DNA of 64,000 bases from an uncultured Planctomycetia bacterium (lineage in GTDB: Bacteria; Omnitrophota; Gorgyraeia; Duberdicusellales; 4484-171): the NCBI GenBank assembly GCA_964605645.1, contig CAZSDJ010000002.1, positions 394 to 64,393 on the forward strand. Reading direction: 5' to 3'. Below, one piece after another: positions 45,951-55,238 of this stretch (its first letter is position 1; each line of letters opens with the position of its first letter). Made by a program: the position numbers and the translations under genes. The notes under the pieces are model-generated. The model had not been told where the DNA came from and did no database searches. It saw nothing but the letters and a program-made list of their open reading frames with translations.

Positions 45951-47363
45951 ATGAAAAAAGTAATAATAACTTTAATTTTAGTACTTTGTTTTATACCGGC
46001 CGGTTTTGCGGCTAAAGTTTCTGATCTAGAAAAAGCGACTATTGAAGTCGCAGAAAGTATCGGTAAGTCAGTAGTATCGATAAGTACGGTAGTCAAAGAA
46101 AAAATCGGCGGCCAATTTTATTTTGGATCTCCTTTTGAAGGTGAAAGTAATGATCTTTTTCAGAGATTCTTTGAAGATTTTTTTCAAACGCAGCCGGAGC
46201 GAGAATACAAACGAATGGGGTTGGGCAGCGGCTTGGTAATTAAAGAGGATGGGTATATCTTAACTAATCAGCATGTTGTTTCAAGAGCAACTGACATTAA
46301 AGTAAAGTTGTCAGACGGCAGAGAATTTGATGCAGAGGTAACCGGATCTGATCCAAAAAGTGATTTAGCGGTAATAAAAATAAAAACTAAAGGCTTGCCT
46401 GTCCCCCGTTTTGGCAATTCATCTCAATTGAAAATAGGCAGCTGGGTGGTTGCAGTCGGAAATCCCTTTGGGTTTGCAATTGAAAATCCGGAACCGACAG
46501 TTACCGTAGGGGTAGTTAGTGCAGTCAAAAGATACTTACCGGCTTTAGGAAGAAGAAGCAGCGGCTATGACGACTTAATTCAAACCGATGCCGCGATTAA
46601 TCCCGGCAATAGCGGCGGCCCTCTTGTTAATTTAAGCGGAGAAGTGATTGGTATCAACGTAGCTATCCTTATCCGTACCGGCGGCAGCCAAGGGCTTGGA
46701 TTTGCAATCCCCATTGATAGGGCTAAAAAGATAATGGAAAAGTTGATTAAAGGCCAAGAGGTAACCTATGGTTGGTTAGGGGTAAGTATCCAAGATTTAA
46801 ACAAAGATCTCCGAAATTATTTTAATATCGAGAAAAAAGAAGGGGTAATCATAGTTAAAGTTTATAAAAATTCGCCGGCCGAAAAAACAGGCCTCCGGGA
46901 AGGTGATTTAATTCTAGCTTACGACAACAGTCCGGTAAAAGCAACGCGGGATTTAGTGCGGATGGTTACCGAAACAGAAGTTGGGAAAAAAGCCAACTTG
47001 TCATTTTTACGAAATGGTAAAATGAAAGATGTCCATATCATAATTGGTAAAAGGCCCGAAGATGCAGCAAGCTTAGGAAGGCCGTCTGGAGGAGGAGAAG
47101 CTAGTTTCCGGGGGATGTCGGTTAAAAATATTACTCCTGTCGTTAGTCAACACTTGCAAATTAAAGACAAAGAGGCGGTGGTCGTAATAGGTATCGAAAA
47201 CGGTTCAAGAGCAGAAGATAGCGGGTTGCAGGAAGGGGACCTGATCAAAGAAATTGAGAATAAAGAAATAAAAAATGTTGAAGATTTTAAAAAAATTACA
47301 TCAACAGTAAGAGGAAGCTGCTTGCTGAAGACAAATCGAGGCTATATAGTTTTAAAAGAATGA
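45951..47363 (+). CDS. degP: HtrA/DegP-family periplasmic serine protease with two PDZ domains
   Basis: Signal peptide, LTNQHVV, SDLAV, QTDAAINPGNSGGPL. Confidence 0.9.
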   Translation: MKKVIITLILVLCFIPAGFAAKVSDLEKATIEVAESIGKSVVSISTVVKEKIGGQFYFGSPFEGESNDLFQRFFEDFFQTQPEREYKRMGLGSGLVIKEDGYILTNQHVVSRATDIKVKLSDGREFDAEVTGSDPKSDLAVIKIKTKGLPVPRFGNSSQLKIGSWVVAVGNPFGFAIENPEPTVTVGVVSAVKRYLPALGRRSSGYDDLIQTDAAINPGNSGGPLVNLSGEVIGINVAILIRTGGSQGLGFAIPIDRAKKIMEKLIKGQEVTYGWLGVSIQDLNKDLRNYFNIEKKEGVIIVKVYKNSPAEKTGLREGDLILAYDNSPVKATRDLVRMVTETEVGKKANLSFLRNGKMKDVHIIIGKRPEDAASLGRPSGGGEASFRGMSVKNITPVVSQHLQIKDKEAVVVIGIENGSRAEDSGLQEGDLIKEIENKEIKNVEDFKKITSTVRGSCLLKTNRGYIVLKE

Positions 47364-47367
47364 TAAA

Positions 47368-47838
47368 TTGAAAAATTTCAGTAAGGCCTTAAGTTATTCT
47401 TTTCTTCTTCTCCGTTATCGGCCAAGAACTGAAGTTGAGATTTATAAACGTCTTAAAAATAAAAAATATCCCTGGGCAATTATCAAGGATGTAGTTGAAG
47501 TTTTAAAAAATTATAATTACATAAATGACCAAGATTTTATAAAATCTTATATAAGCAGTTCTCTAGAAAAGGGTTGGGGGCCGGTAAGGGTTAACGTTAA
47601 TTTGAAAAAAATTGGAATATCTGAAAAATTACGGGAAAAAGCCGTAAGAAAAATAGAAGCAAAAAGTAATAAATTAATAAAAAATCTTATAGATCAAAAA
47701 AAATATTCTTTAAATAAAAACCAGCCAAATTTAGATAAAAACAAAAAACAAAAAAAAATAATAAAGTTTTTAGCAAATAAGGGTTTTTACTATCGAGATA
47801 TATTTACTCATTTAGCAAATAAAAAAAATGAAAACTAA
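47368..47838 (+). CDS. recX: Regulatory protein RecX
   Basis: LLRYRPRTEVEI, YINDQDF, GPVRV, FLANKGF; recA...alaS context. Confidence 0.85.
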   Translation: MKNFSKALSYSFLLLRYRPRTEVEIYKRLKNKKYPWAIIKDVVEVLKNYNYINDQDFIKSYISSSLEKGWGPVRVNVNLKKIGISEKLREKAVRKIEAKSNKLIKNLIDQKKYSLNKNQPNLDKNKKQKKIIKFLANKGFYYRDIFTHLANKKNEN

Positions 47839-50503
47839 CCAACTCCGAAAAAAATACATAAACTTCTTTAAAGAAAAAGGCCACCGGCTTTTTCCTTCTG
47901 ATAGCTTAGTTCCTGATGATCCTTCAGTTCTTTTTACTTCAGCGGGCATGAATCAATTTAAACCTTATTTTCTTGGCCAAAATAAAAAAGTAAATACAGC
48001 TGTATCTTGTCAAAGGTGCTTGCGTACCGGCGATATTGAAAGAGTAGGGCAAACTCCTTATCATCATACTTTTTTTGAAATGTTAGGTAATTTTTCTTTT
48101 GGGGATTATTTTAAAAAGAAAGCAATAAGTTTAGCTTGGGAATTCCTGACTCAAACTTTAAAAATTGATAAAAAAGATCTTTGGGTCTCAGTTTATAAAA
48201 AAGATAAAGAAGCTTTTTCAATTTGGAAGGATGAAATAGGAGTTTCCACCAAAAAAATATTAAAATTAGGCCAAGATGAGAATTTTTGGCCGGCTAATGT
48301 TATTGAGGAGGGGCCCTGCGGCCCCTGCGGCCCTTGTTCTGAAATTTTTTTTGATCGAGGCAACAATATTGGGTGCAAAAAAAAATCTTGCAATCCAACC
48401 TGTGATTGTAATCGTTTTGTAGAAATTTGGAATCTTGTTTTTACTCAATTCAACCGGCAAGCCGACAAAAACCTAAAGCCATTACCTCAAAAAAATATTG
48501 ATACCGGGATGGGGCTGGAAAGGATGGCTTCTGTTTTACAAAATAAAGATTCTAATTTTGAAATTGATATTTTAGCTCCGGCGGTTAGCAAAGTAAAAGA
48601 AATATTAAAATTAGATAAAAATTTTGATAAAAATTATTTAATCAATTCCATTGTTGATCATTCCCGTGCAGTTGTGTTTTCAATAGCGGATGGGGTGTAC
48701 CCTTCTAATGAAGAACGAGGCTATGTTATCCGTAAATTATTGCGAAAATCTTTGTGGGCTGCTAATCTTTGTGGTTATAAAGAATCATTTGTTTATAAAT
48801 TATTACCTATATTTATTAAAACGATGCAGGAACCTTATCCTTACTTGGCAAAAAAAGAAAAAGTAATAAAAAAGGTTATAAAAGCGGAAGAAGAAAAGTT
48901 TATTCTCTCCTTAGAAGAAGGGAAAAATAAATTTTTTGAATATTTAAAAGAATTAAAAAATAAAAATAAAAAAATTTTGCCGGCAACAAAATTGTTTCGC
49001 CTTTACGATACTTACGGTTTTCCTTTTGAGTTAAGTGAAACTATGGCAAAAGAAAATAATATTAATGTTGACAAGCAAGGAGCAAAAAAGCTATTGGCAA
49101 AACAAAAAGAACGTTCTCGGGCCGGCAGTAAGTTTTTAAAAGATATATTTACAAAGAATTCCTCTCTGTTTGGCGGCAGCGAGCCTACAATTTTTGTTGG
49201 TTATCAAAAAATAAAAACTAATGCTCGAATTAGTCATATTTTGCCCATAGACAAAATGAAAGTTAATTGGCACAAGCAAAAACAGCAACTTCAAGAAGGA
49301 GAAACCGGAGTAATTATTTTAGACAAAACTTCTTTTTATCCGGAATCCGGCGGGCAACTTTCTGATTGCGGCCGGATCAAAACTAATCAAGGAGTATTTT
49401 TTGTAGAGAATGTGTATAAAATAGGTGATGGAGATATTTTTGTTCACCGGGGAAAAGTTATTGAAGGTATAATTAAAAAAGAAGATGCAGAATTAATAGT
49501 TGACCAAAAAAGAAGGCAAGCCTTAAAAAGGGCTCATACTGCAACGCACCTTCTTCAAGCAGCTTTAAAACATTGCTTGGGAGATCATGTAAGCCAACAG
49601 GGTTCTTTAGTTGATGTAGATAGATTACGCTTTGATTTTACTCATTTTAAAGCGTTAACTAAAAAAGAAATAGAAACTACAGAAGAGTTAGTAAATACTT
49701 ATATTTTTGCAGCAAATAAGATTAATAAAGAAGAAAAATCTTTAGAGCAGGCTAAAAAAGAAGGAGCACTGGCATTTTTTAAAGAAAAGTATAAAGATAA
49801 AGTTAGAATGGTTTCTGTAGCTAACTATAGTAAAGAATTGTGTGGAGGTACTCATTTAGAAAATACTTCAGAAGTAGGGGGTTTTGCAATAGTTTCAGAA
49901 AGTTCAGTAAGCAGTGGGATAAGAAGAATTGAAGCGATAACCGGAAATAAATTCTATCGGCTTTTTAAGCAGAATGAAAAAGAAATTATCGATTTAGCCC
50001 AGCTGCTTAAATGCAATCCTGCCAGTATCAAACAAACTATTATAAAAACAATAAATAGTTACAAAGATTGCAAGAGTGAGATTGGTAAAATTGCTAAAGA
50101 AAAAATTTTAGATATTTCTAAAAAATTAATTAAAGATTCTGCTGAAAAAATTAAGGGTATCGATTTGGTAGTCTATGATTTTACAAAAAAAGATAATTTT
50201 AACCTAGAATACAATAATTTTTTTGATTTATTGGATATAACCAAAAAACAAATAAAATTATTTTTTATTTTTGTAATTGGCCGGCAGAATGATAAAATAA
50301 GGTTTTTTTGTTCTTGCTCAAAACAACTCAATAAGAAAGGAATAAGTTGCCGGAGTTTTATCAATCAATTTAAAGAGGAGCTGCCCATAAAAGGCGGCGG
50401 CACCGATAGTTTAGTGCAGGGGGTTGTAAGCGGCAAAGGTAACAACTTGGATCAGAAGGTTAAAAAATGTATTGTGAGGTATTTAAAAAATGAGAGTAGT
50501 TAG
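47828..50503 (+). CDS. alaS: Alanine--tRNA ligase
   Basis: FTSAGMNQFK, HHTFFEMLGNFSFGDYFK, DTGMGLER, HTATHLL, ELCGGTH. Confidence 0.97.
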   Translation: MKTNQLRKKYINFFKEKGHRLFPSDSLVPDDPSVLFTSAGMNQFKPYFLGQNKKVNTAVSCQRCLRTGDIERVGQTPYHHTFFEMLGNFSFGDYFKKKAISLAWEFLTQTLKIDKKDLWVSVYKKDKEAFSIWKDEIGVSTKKILKLGQDENFWPANVIEEGPCGPCGPCSEIFFDRGNNIGCKKKSCNPTCDCNRFVEIWNLVFTQFNRQADKNLKPLPQKNIDTGMGLERMASVLQNKDSNFEIDILAPAVSKVKEILKLDKNFDKNYLINSIVDHSRAVVFSIADGVYPSNEERGYVIRKLLRKSLWAANLCGYKESFVYKLLPIFIKTMQEPYPYLAKKEKVIKKVIKAEEEKFILSLEEGKNKFFEYLKELKNKNKKILPATKLFRLYDTYGFPFELSETMAKENNINVDKQGAKKLLAKQKERSRAGSKFLKDIFTKNSSLFGGSEPTIFVGYQKIKTNARISHILPIDKMKVNWHKQKQQLQEGETGVIILDKTSFYPESGGQLSDCGRIKTNQGVFFVENVYKIGDGDIFVHRGKVIEGIIKKEDAELIVDQKRRQALKRAHTATHLLQAALKHCLGDHVSQQGSLVDVDRLRFDFTHFKALTKKEIETTEELVNTYIFAANKINKEEKSLEQAKKEGALAFFKEKYKDKVRMVSVANYSKELCGGTHLENTSEVGGFAIVSESSVSSGIRRIEAITGNKFYRLFKQNEKEIIDLAQLLKCNPASIKQTIIKTINSYKDCKSEIGKIAKEKILDISKKLIKDSAEKIKGIDLVVYDFTKKDNFNLEYNNFFDLLDITKKQIKLFFIFVIGRQNDKIRFFCSCSKQLNKKGISCRSFINQFKEELPIKGGGTDSLVQGVVSGKGNNLDQKVKKCIVRYLKNESS

Positions 50504-51710
50504 AAACATAGAAAGCTTAAAAAAAGTAATTGATAAAAGAAGAGTGCGCAAAGATAGTGTTAACCTAAAGGTTGCTAAAATTATTGCAAAAGTTAAACAA
50601 GAAGGGGATAAGGCCTTAGTCGATTATACTAAAAAATTTGATAAAGTGAAAATTCCTTTAAAAGCTATTCAAATTAGCGAATCAGAAGTAAGTGCGGCTT
50701 TTGGAGATTTAAATTCAGCACTTATTTCCAGCTTTAAAATAGCTATTGAAAATATTACTAAATTTTATAAAAAACAAATCCCCAAAGCCAGAAGAACAAA
50801 AGACCCTAATGGCAAAAAACTTATTAGCCGTTATGTTCCTTTGGCTAAAGTTGGGGTTTATGTCCCGGCTGGTACAGCTCCGCTCGTGTCTTCTGTGTAT
50901 ATGTCTGTGATCCCGGCGTTGGTAGCAGGAGTTGATGAAGTCGTATTAGTTTCACCGCCGAATAAAGAAGGCAGAATTAATCCTTTTATTTTAGCTATTG
51001 CATCTTTATTGAAAATTAAAAAAATATATCGAGCCGGCGGCGCGCAAGCTATTGCTGCTTTAGCTTATGGCACAGAAACTATTGAAAAAGTTGATAAAAT
51101 TGTCGGTCCCGGTAATGAATATGTTACCGAGGCAAAAAGGCAAGTTTTTGGGCAAGCTGATATTGATATGTTAGCCGGGCCTTCCGAGGTTGTGGTGGTA
51201 GCATCCAGTAATTCAAACGTTGACTACATTATTGCTGATCTGGACGCTCAGATAGAACATTATAAAGGGTTAGGGATTGTGGTTACTAATTCAAAGCGAA
51301 TTATTAGGGCCCTGCGGCAAAGTAAAGTTACCGGTTATGCTTTAAGGGTAAGGAATTTGGATAAGGCAGTCGAAGTAGTCAACCAAATTGCACCGGAACA
51401 TTTAGCAATTTTAACTAAAAAACCACATGCTTTAGTTAGTAAGATAAGAAATGCCGGAGCAATATTCTTAGGAGATTATAGTCCCGTTGCTTTAGGAGAT
51501 TATACTGCCGGGCCGTCCCATGTTCTCCCCACCGGAGGCAGCAGCCGTTTCTTTTCTACACTTTCGGTAAAAGATTTCTTAAAAGAAAGCCATATTATTC
51601 GTTATACTAAAAAAGCTGTATTAGAAGAGTTTGATACTTTAGAAAAAATTGCGAATTTAGAAGGGATGAAAAAACACATAGAAAGTGTGAGAAAACGGAT
51701 AGAAAATTAA
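50490..51710 (+). CDS. hisD: Histidinol dehydrogenase
   Basis: [48 protein letters not shown]. Confidence 0.95.
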   Translation: MRVVRNIESLKKVIDKRRVRKDSVNLKVAKIIAKVKQEGDKALVDYTKKFDKVKIPLKAIQISESEVSAAFGDLNSALISSFKIAIENITKFYKKQIPKARRTKDPNGKKLISRYVPLAKVGVYVPAGTAPLVSSVYMSVIPALVAGVDEVVLVSPPNKEGRINPFILAIASLLKIKKIYRAGGAQAIAALAYGTETIEKVDKIVGPGNEYVTEAKRQVFGQADIDMLAGPSEVVVVASSNSNVDYIIADLDAQIEHYKGLGIVVTNSKRIIRALRQSKVTGYALRVRNLDKAVEVVNQIAPEHLAILTKKPHALVSKIRNAGAIFLGDYSPVALGDYTAGPSHVLPTGGSSRFFSTLSVKDFLKESHIIRYTKKAVLEEFDTLEKIANLEGMKKHIESVRKRIEN

Positions 51711-51722
51711 GCAAGGAGAAGA

Positions 51723-52355
51723 GTGATGTTCAATAAAAAAAGAGAATCAAAATTAATGAGAAAAACTAACGAAGTAGATATTGAAGGCTGTTTTAACCTG
51801 GATGGCTCAGGTAAAACTAAAATAAATACCGGTTTTGAACCGCTTAATCATCTACTTACTTTATTTGTTTTCCATGGCTTGTTTGATTTAGAGTTGAAAG
51901 CGAAAGGTGATCTCCAACATCATATCATAGAAGATATCGGGATTGCTTTGGGAAAAGCCCTGAAAGAATCATTGGCAGAAAAAAAAGGCATAAATAGATA
52001 CGGTACTTTTTCCGCTACTATGGATAAGGTAGTGGTTGAAGCAAACATTGATATCAGCGGCAGGCCTTCTTTACAGAAAAAAGTAAGTGATGACAATAAA
52101 GCAATCGTTGAAGCTACCTTGTCCGGAGATACTTTTGATGACACAAACTTTCGTTTTAAGGATGCTGAGGAATTTTTAGAAGCATTTATTCAGCACTCGG
52201 GTTTAAGTGTGGTTTATATAATTAAATCTGGAGAAGGAGATCTGCACCATCTATTGGAAGCTTTATTTAAAGCTTTGGGTAAGGCCCTAGATCAAGCCAG
52301 TCAAATTGATCCTCGCCGTCGCGGTGTTCCTTCAACCAAGGGAATTATTGATTGA
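51723..52355 (+). CDS. hisB: Imidazoleglycerol-phosphate dehydratase
   Basis: HHIIEDIG and HHLLEALFKA metal motifs, VPSTKG end. Confidence 0.9.
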   Translation: MMFNKKRESKLMRKTNEVDIEGCFNLDGSGKTKINTGFEPLNHLLTLFVFHGLFDLELKAKGDLQHHIIEDIGIALGKALKESLAEKKGINRYGTFSATMDKVVVEANIDISGRPSLQKKVSDDNKAIVEATLSGDTFDDTNFRFKDAEEFLEAFIQHSGLSVVYIIKSGEGDLHHLLEALFKALGKALDQASQIDPRRRGVPSTKGIID

Positions 52356-52356
52356 A

Positions 52357-52465
52357 AAGTCCTAAGTCCAGAGTCCTATGTCCTGTGTCGAAAAAATAAT
52401 TAAGAAAGATTTAATAAATTATAAAAATTATGACGTTGGACTTAAGACGTAGGACCTTGGACTAA
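52357..52465. repeat. Complete GTCC/GGAC mirrored heptamer element (5+5 units, ~40-nt AT-rich loop)
   Basis: AAGTCCT AAGTCCA GAGTCCT ATGTCCT GTGTCGA ... TGACGTT GGACTTA AGACGTA GGACCTT GGACTAA. Confidence 0.9.
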
Positions 52466-52471
52466 AATATT

Positions 52472-53128
52472 ATGACAGTAATAGTTGACTATGGGATGGG
52501 TAATTTAGAGAGTGTAAAAAACGCGGTTCTTTTTTTAGACAAAAAAGTAATTATTACCAGCTCACCTAAAGACTTACTCGCGGCTGAAAAGATTATTTTT
52601 CCCGGTGTGGGCCATTTTGGAAAAGCAATAACTGAATTAAAAAAAAGAGGGCTTGTTGAAATTTTAAAGAAAAGAATTAACCAAGGTATACCTTTTTTAG
52701 GAATTTGTTTAGGGATGCAATTGCTATTTGAAAAAAGCAGCGAAGCAGAAGGGGTAAACGGCCTTGGCCTGATAAAAGGAGAAGTTTTAAAGTTTAATTC
52801 TAAAAATTTAATTGTGCCTCATATGGGGTGGAATCAGATAAATAAAGTCCAAAGTCCTAAGTCCAAAGTCTCCGCCTCCGCCAAGACTATGGCGGACAAG
52901 CTAAGTCAAGAAAAGGGGTTGTTTGAGGGGATTGAAGACGGCAGTTATTTTTATTTTGCCCACTCTTATTTTTGTAAGCCCCATGAAGATGTTACCTTAG
53001 CAACCGTTGATTATGGTGAAAATTTTAGTTGTGCTATACATAAAAAAAATATTTGGGCTATTCAATTTCATCCGGAAAAAAGCCAAAAGAAAGGCTTAAA
53101 AGTTTTAGATAATTTCTTAATAATTTAG
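52472..53128 (+). CDS. hisH: Imidazole glycerol phosphate synthase glutaminase subunit with in-frame repeat insertion
   Basis: DYGMGN, PGVG, GICLGMQ, PHMGWN, YFAHSY, QFHPEKS. Confidence 0.95.
   Translation: MTVIVDYGMGNLESVKNAVLFLDKKVIITSSPKDLLAAEKIIFPGVGHFGKAITELKKRGLVEILKKRINQGIPFLGICLGMQLLFEKSSEAEGVNGLGLIKGEVLKFNSKNLIVPHMGWNQINKVQSPKSKVSASAKTMADKLSQEKGLFEGIEDGSYFYFAHSYFCKPHEDVTLATVDYGENFSCAIHKKNIWAIQFHPEKSQKKGLKVLDNFLII
52845..52909 (+). repeat. 5-unit GTCC heptamer arm with nested 30-bp CCGCC/GGCGG palindrome, in frame within hisH
   Basis: AAGTCCA AAGTCCT AAGTCCA AAGTC[TCCGCCTCCGCCAAGACTATGGCGGACAAG]CT AAGTCAA. Confidence 0.88.
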
Positions 53129-53132
53129 AAAA

Positions 53133-53840
53133 ATGATAATAATTCCTGCTATTGATTTATATCAGAAAAAAGTTGTAAGATTGATTAAGGGAGAGAAGTC
53201 CGATTGTAAGGTTTATAGTGATAACCCGGTTGAGGTGGCAAAAAAATGGCAAAGCCAAGGAGCTAAGTGGCTGCATTTAGTAGATTTATCTGCTGCTTTT
53301 TCTGAAGGTGACAACAAAGATATAATCGAAAGGATTATAAGAGAAGTAAATATCTCAGTGGAGGTAGGCGGCGGTATTCGCAGTCTTGAAGAAATAGAAA
53401 AATTAGTGTCTCTGGGGACAGATAGGATAATATTAGGCACTAAGGCAACAGAATTAGATTTTTTAAAACAAGCTTTAGCTATTGCCGGTGATAAAATAGC
53501 AGTGGCAGTGGATGAAAAAGATGACAAAGTCGCAGTAGACGGTTGGCAGAAAAATAGTGATTTATCAATATCCCAATATCTAAATTATCTAAAAAAGCAG
53601 AGAGTTGAGTGGGTAATTTATACCGATATCTCTCGTGATGGCACCTTGCAAGGCTTAAATTTTTCGAAAATAAAACAATTTTTTAAAGATAATCAATTTA
53701 ATTTAATTTTTTCCGGAGGTATTTCTTGCCTAGAAGATATAAAAAGCTTAAAAACAGCAGCTCCTACCGCAAAAGGAGTAATCGTGGGAAAAGCTCTTTA
53801 TGAGAAAAGATTCAGTCTCGCAGCTGCTTTAGCTATTTAG
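53133..53840 (+). CDS. hisA: ProFAR isomerase
   Basis: IIPAIDL, LHLVDL, VGGGIRS, YTDISRDGTLQG, SGGI, VGKALYE. Confidence 0.95.
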   Translation: MIIIPAIDLYQKKVVRLIKGEKSDCKVYSDNPVEVAKKWQSQGAKWLHLVDLSAAFSEGDNKDIIERIIREVNISVEVGGGIRSLEEIEKLVSLGTDRIILGTKATELDFLKQALAIAGDKIAVAVDEKDDKVAVDGWQKNSDLSISQYLNYLKKQRVEWVIYTDISRDGTLQGLNFSKIKQFFKDNQFNLIFSGGISCLEDIKSLKTAAPTAKGVIVGKALYEKRFSLAAALAI

Positions 53841-53894
53841 GTTTAAGAAGATTGTAATTACAAGTGCGACAATTCTAAAAAGTAGTTTTTTACC

Positions 53895-54009
53895 TGTTAT
53901 TGCGAGGAGCGTAAGCGACGAAGCAATCTCTCATAAATAGAGTAAAGATTGTTTCGCCTTTGACAACAGAACCGCTAAAATATACAGTTGTCAAAGACTC
54001 CCAATGACA
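53895..54009. repeat. Full GTCATTGCGAG-family palindromic element with internal TTGACA/TGTCAA hairpin
   Basis: TGTTATTGCGAGGAGCGTAAGCGACGAAGCAATCTC ... AGATTGTTTCG CCTTTGACAAC-N19-GTTGTCAAAG ACTCCCAATGACA. Confidence 0.8.
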
Positions 54010-54116
54010 CTGAGACAAGTTGTTGCAATATGAGTTACAATTCACCTTGATAGTGCTCAGTTGCAAAAAAGGTGTTTTTTAGAATCTTTTTATGCTATAA
54101 TTATTCGAATATAATT

Positions 54117-54419
54117 ATGTTGACTAGAAAAGAAATATTTTCAATTTTAAAAAATCAATTGCCTTATTTACGCAATTATTTTGGTGTAAGCCGCATTGCA
54201 GTTTTTGGTTCTTTTGCAGAGGGTTCTCCGCGGGAAAATAGTGATGTTGATTTATTGGTTGAATTTGATAAATCACCCGGATTAAAATTTATAGAACTGA
54301 GCGAGTATCTTGAAAAAAAAATAGGTAAAAAGGTTGATATTTTGACACCGGGCGGCCTTAAAGGGATACGGCTTTCTAGAGTGGCTGAAGATATAAAGAA
54401 TAGTTTGCACTATGTCTAA
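54117..54419 (+). CDS. Minimal nucleotidyltransferase (MntA-like antitoxin)
   Basis: GS-X10-DXD motif (GSFAEGSPRENSDVD), about 100 aa, overlaps the HEPN gene. Confidence 0.9.
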   Translation: MLTRKEIFSILKNQLPYLRNYFGVSRIAVFGSFAEGSPRENSDVDLLVEFDKSPGLKFIELSEYLEKKIGKKVDILTPGGLKGIRLSRVAEDIKNSLHYV

Positions 54420-54759
54420 AAGAAATGATCTTGATTATATAGCAGACATCTTGGAAGCATTAAAAAGGATATTTTCTTACTGTGATAATTTGAATTATGA
54501 TCAATTTTTAGATGATGAAAAGACTCAGGATGCTGTAGTACGCAACCTTGAAATAATTGGCGAAGCATCTAAAAATATTTCTTCTGTTTTTTCTCAAAAA
54601 TATTCCGAAGTTACTTGGAGTGATTTAGCTAAAGTTAGAGACAAGCTTATTCATCATTATTTTGGTGTGAATATAGATATTGTTTGGAGTATTATCGAAA
54701 GTTCTTTGCCTAAACTGCAGAATCAATTAAAAGAGATTTATGATCGCGAGATTTGCTAG
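54412..54759 (+). CDS. HEPN/DUF86 RNase toxin (HepT-like)
   Basis: DAVVRNLEIIGEA, RDKLIHHYF (RX4HXY motif). Confidence 0.9.
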   Translation: MSKRNDLDYIADILEALKRIFSYCDNLNYDQFLDDEKTQDAVVRNLEIIGEASKNISSVFSQKYSEVTWSDLAKVRDKLIHHYFGVNIDIVWSIIESSLPKLQNQLKEIYDREIC

Positions 54760-54776
54760 TTTTTTAAGATTAATTG

Positions 54777-54804
54777 TTGACAAGACTCTATAATATGGTA
54801 TAAA
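54777..54804 (+). promoter_or_regulatory. Putative promoter of rplM-rpsI
   Basis: TTGACA-N16-TATAAA with extended TG, 8 nt before ATG 54813. Confidence 0.65.
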
Positions 54805-54812
54805 AATTGCCT

Positions 54813-55238
54813 ATGCAAAAGACTAAATTTTATAAAAAAGACGAAAAAGATTGGATTTTGATTAACGGCCGCGGCAGGATTTTGGGCCGTTTAGCTACCC
54901 GCATTGCGCGAATTTTGCAGGGTAAACACAAGGCTACCTATACTCCTAATTCTATTTGTGGAGATAAAGTGGTGGTTATCAATGCAAAAGGGATAAAAGT
55001 AACGGGCAAAAAAGATACAGATAAAAAATATGATAAATATTCCGGCTATCCGGGTGGGCGAAAAGAAATCAGGTTAGAAGAGTTATTGGAAAAAAGCCCT
55101 ACTAAAGCTTTATTTTATGCGGTAAGCGGGATGCTTCCGAAAAATAAATTAAGAAAAGATATGCTGAGGTCATTAAAGATTTATGCCGGCAAAGATCATA
55201 AACAAGCTGCACAGCAGCCAAAAGAGGTAGATGTTTAA
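54813..55238 (+). CDS. rplM: 50S ribosomal protein L13
   Basis: LGRLATRIA, GKHKATYTP, GDKVVVINA, SGYPGG, GMLPKN. Confidence 0.97.
   Translation: MQKTKFYKKDEKDWILINGRGRILGRLATRIARILQGKHKATYTPNSICGDKVVVINAKGIKVTGKKDTDKKYDKYSGYPGGRKEIRLEELLEKSPTKALFYAVSGMLPKNKLRKDMLRSLKIYAGKDHKQAAQQPKEVDV

Noticed and set aside
48311-48334. GGCCCCTGC-like direct repeat in alaS
   Set aside because: Encodes the conserved GPCGPC motif region of AlaRS.
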